A DNA stretch of 64,000 bases from an uncultured delta proteobacterium (GTDB lineage: Bacteria; Desulfobacterota; Desulfuromonadia; Desulfuromonadales; JACZKF01). This document shows, in pieces, positions 1 to 9,920 of the stretch. The notes beneath the pieces were generated by a model. That model was not told the origin of the DNA, made no database searches, and saw only the letters and a program-made list of their open reading frames with translations. The stretch covers positions 2,155 to 66,154 of the forward strand of contig CAWFKQ010000012.1 in the NCBI GenBank assembly GCA_963816395.1, given 5' to 3'. How positions within the stretch are numbered: position 1 is the stretch's first letter; the number at the start of each line of letters is the position of its first letter. The position numbers were made by a program, and so were the translations under genes.

Positions 1-12
1 GGAAAAGCCGGA

Positions 13-101
13 CGGTCCTTCCCGCCTGCGCGGGGAACATGGATAGACGTCTCTTCCACGGAAAATCCCTCTCGGTTCATCCCCGCCTGCGCGGGGAACA
101 T
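13..101 (-). CRISPR. Type I-E CRISPR array, leader-proximal end: 2 repeats and one 32-bp spacer visible
   Basis: Repeat 73-101 reads ATGTTCCCCGCGCAGGCGGGGATGAACCG (29 bp) on the minus strand, typical of I-E. Degenerate 28-bp copy at 13-40; spacer 41-72; adjacent to cas2. Confidence 0.93.
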
Positions 102-1371
<1,270 letters not shown>

Positions 1372-1375
<4 letters not shown>

Positions 1376-2509
1376 GGCGCCCCTCCTTCCCCGGCCTTTC
1401 TCCGGGCACGTTTCACCACGCCATACCCTTCCCTGCTCAACTCCCGCTCGATCACCTCGATGCTGGGGAGCGCTGATTTCAAATTGTCGGGAAGGGCGCG
1501 GGTCAGCTCGTACTCGGAGATGCCGATCGGCTGGACGACTCCGCGCAGCGTGTATTCGGCCAGCACGGCCTTCCTGTCCTGGCACAGTATGAGGCCGATG
1601 GTCGGGTTGTCCCCCGCCTGCCGCAGCCGGTCGTCCACGACATTGCAGTAGAAATTCATCTTGCCGGCGTATTCCGGCTTGAAGCCCCCCTTTTTCAGCT
1701 CGACCACCATATAGCAGCGAAGCCGCAGATGATAGAAGAGCAGGTCGATATAGAATTCGTCCTCCCCGACACTGAGCGGATATTGCCGCCCGACAAAGGC
1801 GAAACCCTGGCCCAGTTCCAGAAGGAATTTCTCCAGATGGCGGATCAGGCCGGTTTCCAGCTCCCGCTCGTGGAACGGCTCTTCGAGAGTGAGAAAATCA
1901 AAGATATACGGATCCTTCAGCGCCTGCTGCACCAGATCCGAGTGGGGGAGCGGCAGTCGCTCCAGAAAATTGGATACTGCTCTACCCTGCCGTTCGTGGG
2001 AGCGGCTCTGAAGCATGGACATCAGGACAGCCCGGCTCCAGCCTTGTCCAATAGTTTGCTGTATGTACCAGAGACGGGTTGGCAGGTCTTTGACTTTCTC
2101 CATGAGAAGGGCGTGGTGCCCCCAGGGGATGTTCCGGAGTATTTCTGCGGCGGTATTTGTGGCCAACGGCCTGTGGCACTTCTGAGGAAACCCTATTTTG
2201 TGCCACAGGCTGTGGCACAAATTCGCTGGTCCCGGAATATTCCCTATAAAACGCCAGCATACGCTTGATATTCCGCTCTGAAAACCCTTTTACCTCGGGC
2301 AGTTCGTTGCGAAGGTCGAGGGCCAGCCTGGGAATTACACCCGCTCCCCAGCCCTCCCGCTTCTGTCGTCCGTGAAGCATACGGCCGATGTCCCAGTACA
2401 TGCTGATCAACTCGGCGTTGGCGGCAAGTACGGCGCGGGTCTGGCCCTGACGGATGCGCTGCTTGATCTGGCCGAGCAGGTCAGCGTAGTGAACAAATTC
2501 GTTTGCCAT
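1372..2509 (-). CDS. DUF1016/YhcG family PD-(D/E)XK nuclease (one frameshift near 2165)
   Basis: N-terminal YWDIG...GWG...KGFSERNI and C-terminal KDPYIFDFL...FLLELGQGFAFVGRQ...IDLLFYH...VVELK...GKMNFY...NPTIGLILC motifs lie in two frames. RBS AGGAGG before ATG 2509; TGA overlaps the cas1 ATG. Confidence 0.9.
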
Positions 2510-2545
2510 ATTCCCCTCCTTGTCGCGACGCCCCTTCACCCGCAC

Positions 2546-2586
2546 GAAAAAAGCCGTCCAGCGGCAATCTGCCGAAAGGGCGGCTC
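2546..2586 (-). terminator. Terminator-like hairpin in the 5' leader of the yhcG-like gene
   Basis: Minus strand AGCCGCCC-TTTCGGCAGATTGCCGCT-GGACGGCT followed by a T run, about 40 nt upstream of ATG 2509. Confidence 0.55.
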
Positions 2587-2797
2587 GGTTAGATCCGTCC
2601 GGTGCTCCCTCCATTTCTCGACTTCCATCATTTCCCTCGCGCCGAGGAAAGTTCTCATTAAATATCTCCTGAGTTTTTATAGCAACCCCGGGGAAAACCC
2701 GCAATGGATATTTCCGCCGCGGTCTGCCGTGCAAATGGTCTGGACACCCCCGCCCCGCCTGGGCTATCCTCTGCCCCTGTAACCGCCGAGGATTGCC

Positions 2798-3742
2798 ATG
2801 CCGCTGTTCATCGAAATCCTGACCATCGTCCTGCCCGTCTTTCTGGTGATCGCCCTCGGCTATCTGCTCAGGCGGCTGGAGCTGATCGATGCGGCCTTTC
2901 TCTTCCAGACTAATCGCCTGGTCTACTACATCGCCCTGCCGCTGCTGCTTTTTTACAAGATCGGCACCGCCGACTTTCTCGCCAATTTCAACGGCACCCT
3001 GGTGCTCGGCTCGGCGGCGGCCGTCGCCGCCGGGTTTTTTCTCTCCTACGGCTACGCCGCCCTGCGCCGCTATCCGCCGGCGGCCCGGGGGACCTTCAGC
3101 CAGGGCTCATTCCGCGGCAATCTGGCCTACGTGGGTCTGGCCATCGTCCTCAACGCCTATGGCGAAAGCGGCTTCACCCGCGCCGGCATTCTCATGGGCT
3201 TCCTGGTGCCGGTCCTGAATTTTTTCGCCATTCTGGCGCTGGTCCTGCCCCATCAGGGAGGCGAAAACCAGGGGGGAAAGAAAGAGCTCCTGCGCCTGTT
3301 CCTGCTCAATCCCCTGATCCTGGCCTCCTTCGCCGGCATCGTCTGGAGTTTTTTCCACCTGCCGATCCCGATCATCATCAATCGCAGCCTGAAGATCGCC
3401 ACCGGCATGACGCTGCCCCTCGCCCTGATCGCTATCGGCGGCTCTTTTTCCCTGGAAAAGCTCAGGGGCGACCTGGTAATGGCCGGTTTCGCCACCGGCA
3501 TCAAGATCATCTGGCTGCCCCTGATCGCCGCGCTTATCCTGTTCTCCCTCGGGGTGCGCGGCTCCGATCTCGGCATCGGCGTGCTGTTCGCCGGCACCCC
3601 GGCCGCCACCGCCACCTACATCATGGCCCACCAGATGAAGGGAGACGCCGAACTGGCCGGCTCCATCGTCATGATGTCCACCCTGCTGTCGGGGGTGACC
3701 TACACCCTCGCCCTGTTCCTCCTGCGCAGCCTGGGGATATGA
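2798..3742 (+). CDS. AEC (auxin efflux carrier) family transporter
   Basis: 314-aa multi-TM protein with LVYYIALPLLLF, FRGNLAYVGL, NPLILA and PAATATYIMA motifs. Confidence 0.9.
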   Translation: MPLFIEILTIVLPVFLVIALGYLLRRLELIDAAFLFQTNRLVYYIALPLLLFYKIGTADFLANFNGTLVLGSAAAVAAGFFLSYGYAALRRYPPAARGTFSQGSFRGNLAYVGLAIVLNAYGESGFTRAGILMGFLVPVLNFFAILALVLPHQGGENQGGKKELLRLFLLNPLILASFAGIVWSFFHLPIPIIINRSLKIATGMTLPLALIAIGGSFSLEKLRGDLVMAGFATGIKIIWLPLIAALILFSLGVRGSDLGIGVLFAGTPAATATYIMAHQMKGDAELAGSIVMMSTLLSGVTYTLALFLLRSLGI

Positions 3743-3752
3743 GATAGAGGCA

Positions 3753-3815
3753 ATTTTGAATTCTGAATGTTGAATTATGAATTCGATTCAAAATCCAAAA
3801 TTCACAATTTAAAAT
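3753..3815. repeat. Inverted heptamer-periodic repeat (ATTYTGA)4 / (ATTCAAA)4-like
   Basis: attttga attctga atgttga attatga ... attcaaa atccaaa attcaca atttaaa. Confidence 0.75.
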
Positions 3816-3871
3816 AGGGTTATGCCCTTGACTCCAGTAATGCAATTTTTCGAACCAAGTCGAAGCAATTT

Positions 3872-3949
3872 ACAGGAATAAATGGGTTAACGGGATAAAA
3901 CCTTATGAATTCAGGGATCTTTTATCCCCTGCATCCCCTTCATCCCTGT
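3872..3949. repeat. Imperfect inverted repeat with about 9-nt periodicity
   Basis: acaggaataaatgggttaacgggataaaa ... ttttatcccctgcatccccttcatccctgt. Confidence 0.7.
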
Positions 3950-4015
3950 TGAAAAAGATTTTGGTTTGAGTGACTGGAGCGAAGTGAATAACCAGATTAA
4001 AAATTTGAGGTTCTC

Positions 4016-4600
4016 ATGTACTCCCCTTTCGAAATCGGCACCCGCTTCCGCATCCTACCGCCCGAAGCACCACCTTCCACCGATGAGCGCATCGATCTGG
4101 TGATGGCCCGGGGCGCCTTCGGTTCCGGCGAGCATGAGACGACCGCCAGCTGCCTGGAGATCCTGGAAGAGTTGCCGGAGGTGCGCGGGGCCCTGGTGCT
4201 CGATCTGGGCAGCGGCACGGGGATTCTGGCCATTGCCGCCCTCAAGCTGGGAGCGGCTTCGGCACTCTGCATCGACATCAATCCCGACGCGGTGGCCACC
4301 GCCCGCCGCAACTGCGAGCTGAACGGCGTCGCCGACCGCGCGCAGCATCTGGCCGGCGACCTGGCGAGCGCCCCGCGGGGGGAATTCGACCTGGTGCTGG
4401 CCAACATCTACGGCGACCTGCTCCTCGACCTGGCGGCGGACCTGACCGCCCGCGCCCGGCCCGGCGCCCTGCTGCTGTTCTCGGGGATGCTGTGGGAATA
4501 CAACTACGACGTGCGTGCAACCTACGAGAAGCTCGGCTGCACGGTGGTGAAGAACCGGCTGCTGGAGGAGTTCAGCACGGTGCTGCTGCGGAAGGGATAG
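4016..4600 (+). CDS. PrmA-like class I SAM-dependent methyltransferase (short form)
   Basis: AFGSGEHETT, VLDLGSGTGILAI, DLVLANIY and FSGML motifs; 194 aa. Confidence 0.85.
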   Translation: MYSPFEIGTRFRILPPEAPPSTDERIDLVMARGAFGSGEHETTASCLEILEELPEVRGALVLDLGSGTGILAIAALKLGAASALCIDINPDAVATARRNCELNGVADRAQHLAGDLASAPRGEFDLVLANIYGDLLLDLAADLTARARPGALLLFSGMLWEYNYDVRATYEKLGCTVVKNRLLEEFSTVLLRKG

Positions 4601-4604
4601 AATC

Positions 4605-4730
4605 AGGTTCGAGGTTCGAGGTTCGAGGTTCGAGGTTCGAGGTTCGAGGTTCGAGGTTCGAGGTTCGAGGTTCGAGGTTCGAGGTTCGAGGTTCGAGGTT
4701 CGAGGTTCGAGGTTCGAGGTTCGAGGTTCG
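4605..4730. repeat. Perfect tandem repeat (AGGTTCG) x18
   Basis: 126 bp of uninterrupted 7-mers starting 4 nt after the stop codon. Confidence 0.97.
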
Positions 4731-5008
4731 GGCGGTCGTAGCCGGCCCGGCAATGCCCACGACCACGCCCCTTCGCGAAAGAGACCGCGTCAGCGGTCAA
4801 AAAGCCTCCATGCTACGAAGTACTGCCCCAGTTATTCGCACCGTCCCCAATCAGAGTCGAGAACCCGCGCGAAAGGAGTCCTCCCCGGCAGGGGCCGCCG
4901 TTTTCTTTGGTTACTTTCTTTTAGGCGGATTATAAAAGAAAGTGACGCGGGGTGCGGGGCGCAGCGCCCGCGGTCTTAAGCGGGTGCGGGGCGCAGCCCC
5001 GCGGAAAG
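4731..5008. other. Structured non-coding element of unknown type
   Basis: Hairpin gttactttctttta/taaaagaaagtgac (4910-4946) followed by two copies of gggtgcggggcgcagc(g/c)cc(c)gcgg; no credible ORF. Confidence 0.5.
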
Positions 5009-5014
5009 CCCATG

Positions 5015-5046
5015 AAGAAAGGGGCGGCAACCGCCGCCCCCTCTTG
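5015..5046 (-). terminator. Rho-independent terminator after pyc
   Basis: aggggcggc-aacc-gccgcccct hairpin with a pyrimidine tail on the minus strand. Confidence 0.7.
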
Positions 5047-5056
5047 CCTCTTGCCT

Positions 5057-8000
5057 CTATTTCATCAGCACCAGCAGATCATCCTGCTGCACCTGTTCCC
5101 CTTCCCTGGGCAGGACCTCGGCGACCACGCCGTCTTCCTTCGCCTTGATGTTCGTCTCCATCTTCATCGCCTCGGTGGACAGCAGGGTGTCGCCCGCTTT
5201 CACCTCGTCGCCGGCCTTGACCAGGATCTTGAACACTTTCCCCGGCATCGGCGCACCGATCTGCTTCGGGTTGGTCCTGTCGGCCTTCTGGTGGGTGGCC
5301 TCTTCCGACTTGACCGACAGGTCCTTGACCGTCACCTGGCGCGGCTCGCCGTTGAGTTCGAAGTAGATGTTGCGGGTCGCATCCTTCTGCAGACTGCCGA
5401 CGGCGTTGAGGCGGGTGATGAGCGTCTTGCCGGGCTCGATCTCGATGTTCACCTCGTCCCCGGTCTCCAGACCGTAGAAGAAGACCGGCGTCGGCAGGAA
5501 GGAGGTGTCGCCGTATTCCTGGCGATGCTGGTCGAACTCCTCGTACACCCCGGGATAGAGCACGGCGGAGAGGACTTCGCGCTCGCTCACCGAATGGCCG
5601 AGCTTCTTCTCCAGCGCGTCCTTTTTCGCCGCCAGGTCAACCGGCTCCAGCAGCTCGCCGGGGCGGCAGGTCAGCGGTTCCTCGCCCTTGAGGATGATCT
5701 TCTGCAGCCGGTCGGGGAAGCCGCCGTAGGGCTGGCCGATCATCCCCTTGAAGAAATCGACCACCCCCTGCGGGAAGGTCAGCTCCTGGCCGCGCTGGTA
5801 GACATCCTCGGGCTGCAGGTTGTTCTGGATCATGAACATGGCCATGTCGCCGACGATCTTCGAGGACGGGGTGACCTTGATCACGTCCCCGAACATGTCG
5901 TTGACCTGCCGGTACATCTCCTTGCACTCCTCCCAGCGGTGGCCGAGACCGAGTCCCTCCACCTGCGGCTTGTAATTGGAGTACTGGCCGCCGGGGATCT
6001 CGTGCTCGTAGACCTGGGCGGTACCGCTGCGCAGCTCCGATTCGAAGGGCGCATAATAGGTGCGCACCGTCTCCCAGTAGTTGGCCAGCTTCTGCAGGCC
6101 GTTCTGGTCCAGCTTCGGGTCCCAGATCGTTCCTTTCACCGCCGCCAGCAGGGCATTGAGATTCGGCTGGGCGGTCAGGCCGGAGACCGAGGAAAGGGCG
6201 CAGTCGACGATGTCGGCGCCGGCCTGGGCGGCGATGAGCAGCATCGCCCCGCCGTTGCTGGAGGTGTCGTGGGTGTGCAGGTGAATGGGAATGCCGATCT
6301 CCTGCTTGAGGGCCTTGATCAGCTTCTCGGCGGCGAACGGTTTGAGCAGTCCGGCCATGTCCTTGATGGCCAGAATATGGGCGCCCATGCGCTCCAGCTC
6401 CTTGCCCATTTCCACGTAGTACTTGAGGGGGTATTTGGTGCGCAGCGGATCGAGAATGTCGCCGGTGTAGCACATGGCGGCTTCGCAGATGGCGCCGTTT
6501 TGCCGCACCGCCTCCATGGCCACCGCCATCCCCTTGGTCCAGTTCAGGGAATCGAAGACGCGGAAGACATCGATGCCGCTCTCCGCCGCCTTCCTGACGA
6601 AATCCTGGACCACGTTGTCCGGGTAGTTGGTGTAGCCGACGGCGTTCGAGCCGCGCAGCAGCATCTGGAAGAGGATGTTGGGAATCTTCGCCCGCAGCCG
6701 GTCGAGGCGCTCCCAGGGATCTTCGCGCAGGAAGCGCATGGAGACATCGAAGGTGGCGCCGCCCCACATCTCCAGGGAGAACAGGCCGCCGCCGTAGATG
6801 CTGGTCGCCTCGGCGATCCGCTCCAGGTCGTAGGTGCGGAAGCGGGTCGCCATCAGGGACTGGTGGGCATCGCGCATGGTGGTGTCGGTAATGAGGAGTT
6901 TTTTCTCCTTCAGCGCCCAGTTGGCCAGCCCCTCGGGACCCTTTTCGCGCAGGATGTCGCGGCTGCCGCGCGGCTTGGGAGTGCCGTAGGGGATGTCCGG
7001 CACCTCCGCCTCCCGCAGGGTGCGGAAGTGCAGGGCCTTCTCCGGCTTGATGCCGGGATAGCCATTGACGCTGGTGTGGCCGACGAACCGGAGCAGTTTG
7101 TTGGCGCGGTCGCGCTTGACCGGGATCTGAAAGAGCTCCGGATGGGTATCGAGAAAGGAGGTGTCGCACTTGCCGGCGAGGAAGGTCGGGTGGGTGATGA
7201 CGTTCTCCAGGAAGCCGATGTTCGTCTTCACCCCGCGGATGCGGAATTCCTGCAGGGCCCGATGCATGGTGCGGGCGACGTCCGGGAAGTTGCGACCGAA
7301 GGTGGTGATCTTGGTCAGCATCGAATCGTAGTGCGGGGTGACCTGGGCGCCGGCGTACCCCTGGCCGGCATCGAGCCGCACTCCGTAACCGGCAGCGGTA
7401 CGATAAACTTTGATGGTGCCGAAATCGGGAGCGAAATTGTTCTGCGGGTCCTCGGTGGTCACCCGGCTCTGGATGGCGAAGCCGCGCAGTTCGATATCCT
7501 CCTGGCCGGCGATGCCGATCTCCGGGTCGGAGAGCCGGTATCCCTCGGCAATGCGGAGCTGCATCTGCACCAGGTTGCGGGCGGTGACCATCTCGGTGAC
7601 GGTGTGCTCGACCTGGATGCGGGGATTGGTCTCGATGAAATAGAACTTCCCTTCCTGATCGAGGAGAAATTCCACCGTCCCGGCGTTGACGTAGCCGACG
7701 GCCCGGGCGATGCGCATGGCCAGTTCGCAGACCTCCTCCCGTTTCGCCGGGGTGAGGGCAAGAGAGGGGGCGATCTCAATCACCTTCTGATGGCGGCGCT
7801 GGATCGAGCAGTCGCGCTCGAAGAAATGGACGATGTTGCCGTGCTGGTCGCCGAGGATCTGCACCTCGATGTGCTTCGGCCGCTCGATATATTTTTCCAG
7901 GAAGACGGAAGGGTTGCCGAAAGCGGCCCTGGCCTCGGAAGCGGCGCTCTTCAGCCCTTCCAGCAGCTCCTTCTGGCTGCGGGCGACCCGCATCCCGCGA

Positions 8001-8509
8001 CCGCCGCCGCCGGCCGCCGCCTTGACCATGATCGGGTAGCCGGCCTCCTTGGCGAAGATCAGCGCCTCTTCCTCGGTCGTCACCGGCCGTTCGGTGCCGG
8101 GGACGACCGGAACGCCGGCCTCCATGGCCACCTGCCGGGCCGAGACCTTGTCCCCCAATCGGCGCTGGATCTCCGGGGTGGGGCCGATGAAGGCGATCCT
8201 CGCCCGCTCGCAGGCCTCCGCGAAGTCGGGATTCTCCGACAGGAAGCCGTAACCCGGGTGGATGGCATCGACTTCCTTCTTGCGGGCGAGATCGATAATC
8301 TCCTCGATCCCCAGATAGGCCTCGATCGGCCCTTTCCCCTTCCCCACCAGGTAAGCCTCGTCCGCCTTGTAGCGATGCAGCGAGATTTTATCCGCCTCCG
8401 CGTAGATGGCGAGAGTTTTAATCCCCAGTTCCGTGCAGGCCCGGAAAATGCGAATGGCGATCTCCCCGCGATTGGCCGCCATTACTTTCCTGAACTTTTT
8501 CACAGCCAT
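5057..8509 (-). CDS. pyc: Pyruvate carboxylase
   Basis: BC domain (ANRGEIAIR, ERDCSIQRRHQK), CT domain (RDAHQS, HEIPGGQYSN, KVTPSSK) and biotin motif EAMKM. Confidence 0.98.
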   Translation of the reverse strand: MAVKKFRKVMAANRGEIAIRIFRACTELGIKTLAIYAEADKISLHRYKADEAYLVGKGKGPIEAYLGIEEIIDLARKKEVDAIHPGYGFLSENPDFAEACERARIAFIGPTPEIQRRLGDKVSARQVAMEAGVPVVPGTERPVTTEEEALIFAKEAGYPIMVKAAAGGGGRGMRVARSQKELLEGLKSAASEARAAFGNPSVFLEKYIERPKHIEVQILGDQHGNIVHFFERDCSIQRRHQKVIEIAPSLALTPAKREEVCELAMRIARAVGYVNAGTVEFLLDQEGKFYFIETNPRIQVEHTVTEMVTARNLVQMQLRIAEGYRLSDPEIGIAGQEDIELRGFAIQSRVTTEDPQNNFAPDFGTIKVYRTAAGYGVRLDAGQGYAGAQVTPHYDSMLTKITTFGRNFPDVARTMHRALQEFRIRGVKTNIGFLENVITHPTFLAGKCDTSFLDTHPELFQIPVKRDRANKLLRFVGHTSVNGYPGIKPEKALHFRTLREAEVPDIPYGTPKPRGSRDILREKGPEGLANWALKEKKLLITDTTMRDAHQSLMATRFRTYDLERIAEATSIYGGGLFSLEMWGGATFDVSMRFLREDPWERLDRLRAKIPNILFQMLLRGSNAVGYTNYPDNVVQDFVRKAAESGIDVFRVFDSLNWTKGMAVAMEAVRQNGAICEAAMCYTGDILDPLRTKYPLKYYVEMGKELERMGAHILAIKDMAGLLKPFAAEKLIKALKQEIGIPIHLHTHDTSSNGGAMLLIAAQAGADIVDCALSSVSGLTAQPNLNALLAAVKGTIWDPKLDQNGLQKLANYWETVRTYYAPFESELRSGTAQVYEHEIPGGQYSNYKPQVEGLGLGHRWEECKEMYRQVNDMFGDVIKVTPSSKIVGDMAMFMIQNNLQPEDVYQRGQELTFPQGVVDFFKGMIGQPYGGFPDRLQKIILKGEEPLTCRPGELLEPVDLAAKKDALEKKLGHSVSEREVLSAVLYPGVYEEFDQHRQEYGDTSFLPTPVFFYGLETGDEVNIEIEPGKTLITRLNAVGSLQKDATRNIYFELNGEPRQVTVKDLSVKSEEATHQKADRTNPKQIGAPMPGKVFKILVKAGDEVKAGDTLLSTEAMKMETNIKAKEDGVVAEVLPREGEQVQQDDLLVLMK

Positions 8510-8665
8510 TACAATCTCCTCCGTCAGCTGACCTTCCCCTGCCTGAAAATTTAGCCGCACTGAAAAAATTTCGTGGTTTTAAATAGTTATCGGGCATACC
8601 AAGAAGGGGATATCTAACCAGAGAGGGGACGGATCTGTCAAGTTGAAATAATGTTTGATAAGGCG

Positions 8666-8762
8666 GGCTAGAGGCAAGAGACTAGCGGCTAGAGGAAAAC
8701 CCGCCCCCTGGACGATCCGGGTTCAGATTTTTCCTCTAGCCTCTTGCCTCCAGCCTCTAGCC
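8666..8762. repeat. Inverted heptamer repeat (GGCTAGA)4 / (CCTCTAG)4-like
   Basis: ggctaga ggcaaga gactagc ggctaga ... cctctag cctcttg cctccag cctctag; contains the SPFH gene stop codon. Confidence 0.8.
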
Positions 8763-9515
8763 TTCTTTCTTGAGAAAAGGCCGGATCAGGTCGAGGGGAA
8801 TGGGGAAGATGATGGTCGAGTTTTTCTCCGCCGAGATCTCGGTCAGGGTCTGCAGGAAGCGCAGCTGCAAGGCCCCGCTTTCGGTGGCGATGACGTGGGC
8901 GGCGTCGGCCAGTTTCTGCGAGGCCTGGAATTCCCCCTCGGCGTGGATGACCTTGGAGCGCCGCTCCCGCTCGGCCTCCGCCTGTCTGGCCATGGCCCGC
9001 TGCATCTCGACGGGGAGGTCGACATGCTTGATCTCCACGTTCGAGATCTTCACCCCCCAGGGATCGGTCTGCCGGTCGAGAATCTCCTGCAGGTGCTGAT
9101 TGATCTGGTCCCGGTGGGCGAGCAGCTCATCCATTTCCGACTGGCCGAGGACGCTGCGCAGGGAGGTCTGGGCCAGCTGGCTGGTGGCATAGAGGTAATT
9201 TTCCACCTCGATCAACGCCTTCTCCGGCTGCACCACCCGGAAGTAGAGGACGGCGTTCACCTTCACCGAGACGTTGTCCTTGGTGATGACGTCCTGCGGC
9301 GGCACGTCCATGGCGACGGTGCGCAGGCTGACCTTGGCCAGCCGGTCGACCACCGGAATGATGAACCGCAGCCCGGGTCCCTTGACGCCGACATACCGCC
9401 CCAACCGGAATACCACCCCCCGCTCGTATTCATAGAGGATTCGGACGGCGCTGGCGACGATCGCCACCACCAGCGCCAGCCCCACGGCCAAGCCAACCAG
9501 GTTGATCGGAATCAT
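8757..9515 (-). CDS. SPFH/band 7 (stomatin-like, slipin) protein
   Basis: [33 protein letters not shown] and [13 protein letters not shown] motifs. Confidence 0.96.
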   Translation of the reverse strand: MIPINLVGLAVGLALVVAIVASAVRILYEYERGVVFRLGRYVGVKGPGLRFIIPVVDRLAKVSLRTVAMDVPPQDVITKDNVSVKVNAVLYFRVVQPEKALIEVENYLYATSQLAQTSLRSVLGQSEMDELLAHRDQINQHLQEILDRQTDPWGVKISNVEIKHVDLPVEMQRAMARQAEAERERRSKVIHAEGEFQASQKLADAAHVIATESGALQLRFLQTLTEISAEKNSTIIFPIPLDLIRPFLKKEG

Positions 9516-9642
9516 GTCTTATTCTCCTTTGCGCGGAAATGGCCGCGGCCGCCCTGCCCGGCGCCCCGGCGGATGATTGCAAACCTCCGGCGCTCTTCTA
9601 TAGTGAACGCAACGAAGCCGAACTGGAATGCCGGAGGTCGAT

Positions 9643-9918
9643 ATGGAGAAGAAATCGCTTATTGCCTGCACCGTCGCCGTTCTGCTGGCCGGCAGCGCCG
9701 CCGCCAAAATCACCGAGCTTGAAAACTGGCGCAAGGAAACCGACAGCGTGGTTCGCGAAGCCACTGTCCTGTGCATCGACGGGCAGAAATTCGTCTTTGT
9801 CTTCGGCAGCGGCACCGGCACGGCGGCCTCCCTGACCCAGGTCTTTGAAGAGCGGGAAGGGCAGCTCGTCCCGGCCTGCTGCTCTCCGCCGAAATTCCTG
9901 CCTGCAGAAAAAAACTGA
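9643..9918 (+). CDS. Small hypothetical secreted protein
   Basis: GGAGG RBS, ATG 9643, signal-peptide-like MEKKSLIACTVAVLLAGSAAA; LCIDGQKF and C-terminal CC. Confidence 0.6.
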   Translation: MEKKSLIACTVAVLLAGSAAAKITELENWRKETDSVVREATVLCIDGQKFVFVFGSGTGTAASLTQVFEEREGQLVPACCSPPKFLPAEKN

Positions 9919-9920
9919 AG

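Noticed and set aside
2685-2722. Self-targeting of the yhcG promoter by spacer 41-72
   Set aside because: Only short gapped matches (GGAT-TTTCCG), at a level expected by chance.
4605-4730. tRNA genes or a second CRISPR array
   Set aside because: GGTTCGA matches a T-loop but there is no cloverleaf, and there are no spacers between units.
4055-4935. ORFs with (EPRTSNL)n or (GSRFEVR)n peptide repeats
   Set aside because: Translations of the stop-free DNA heptamer array; they overlap the methyltransferase and lack RBS support.
4952-8554. 1200-aa + strand ORF and similar long antisense ORFs (e.g. 461-1651, 52609-55296, 59105-60727)
   Set aside because: Shadow ORFs opposite clear genes in high-GC DNA, with no recognisable motifs.
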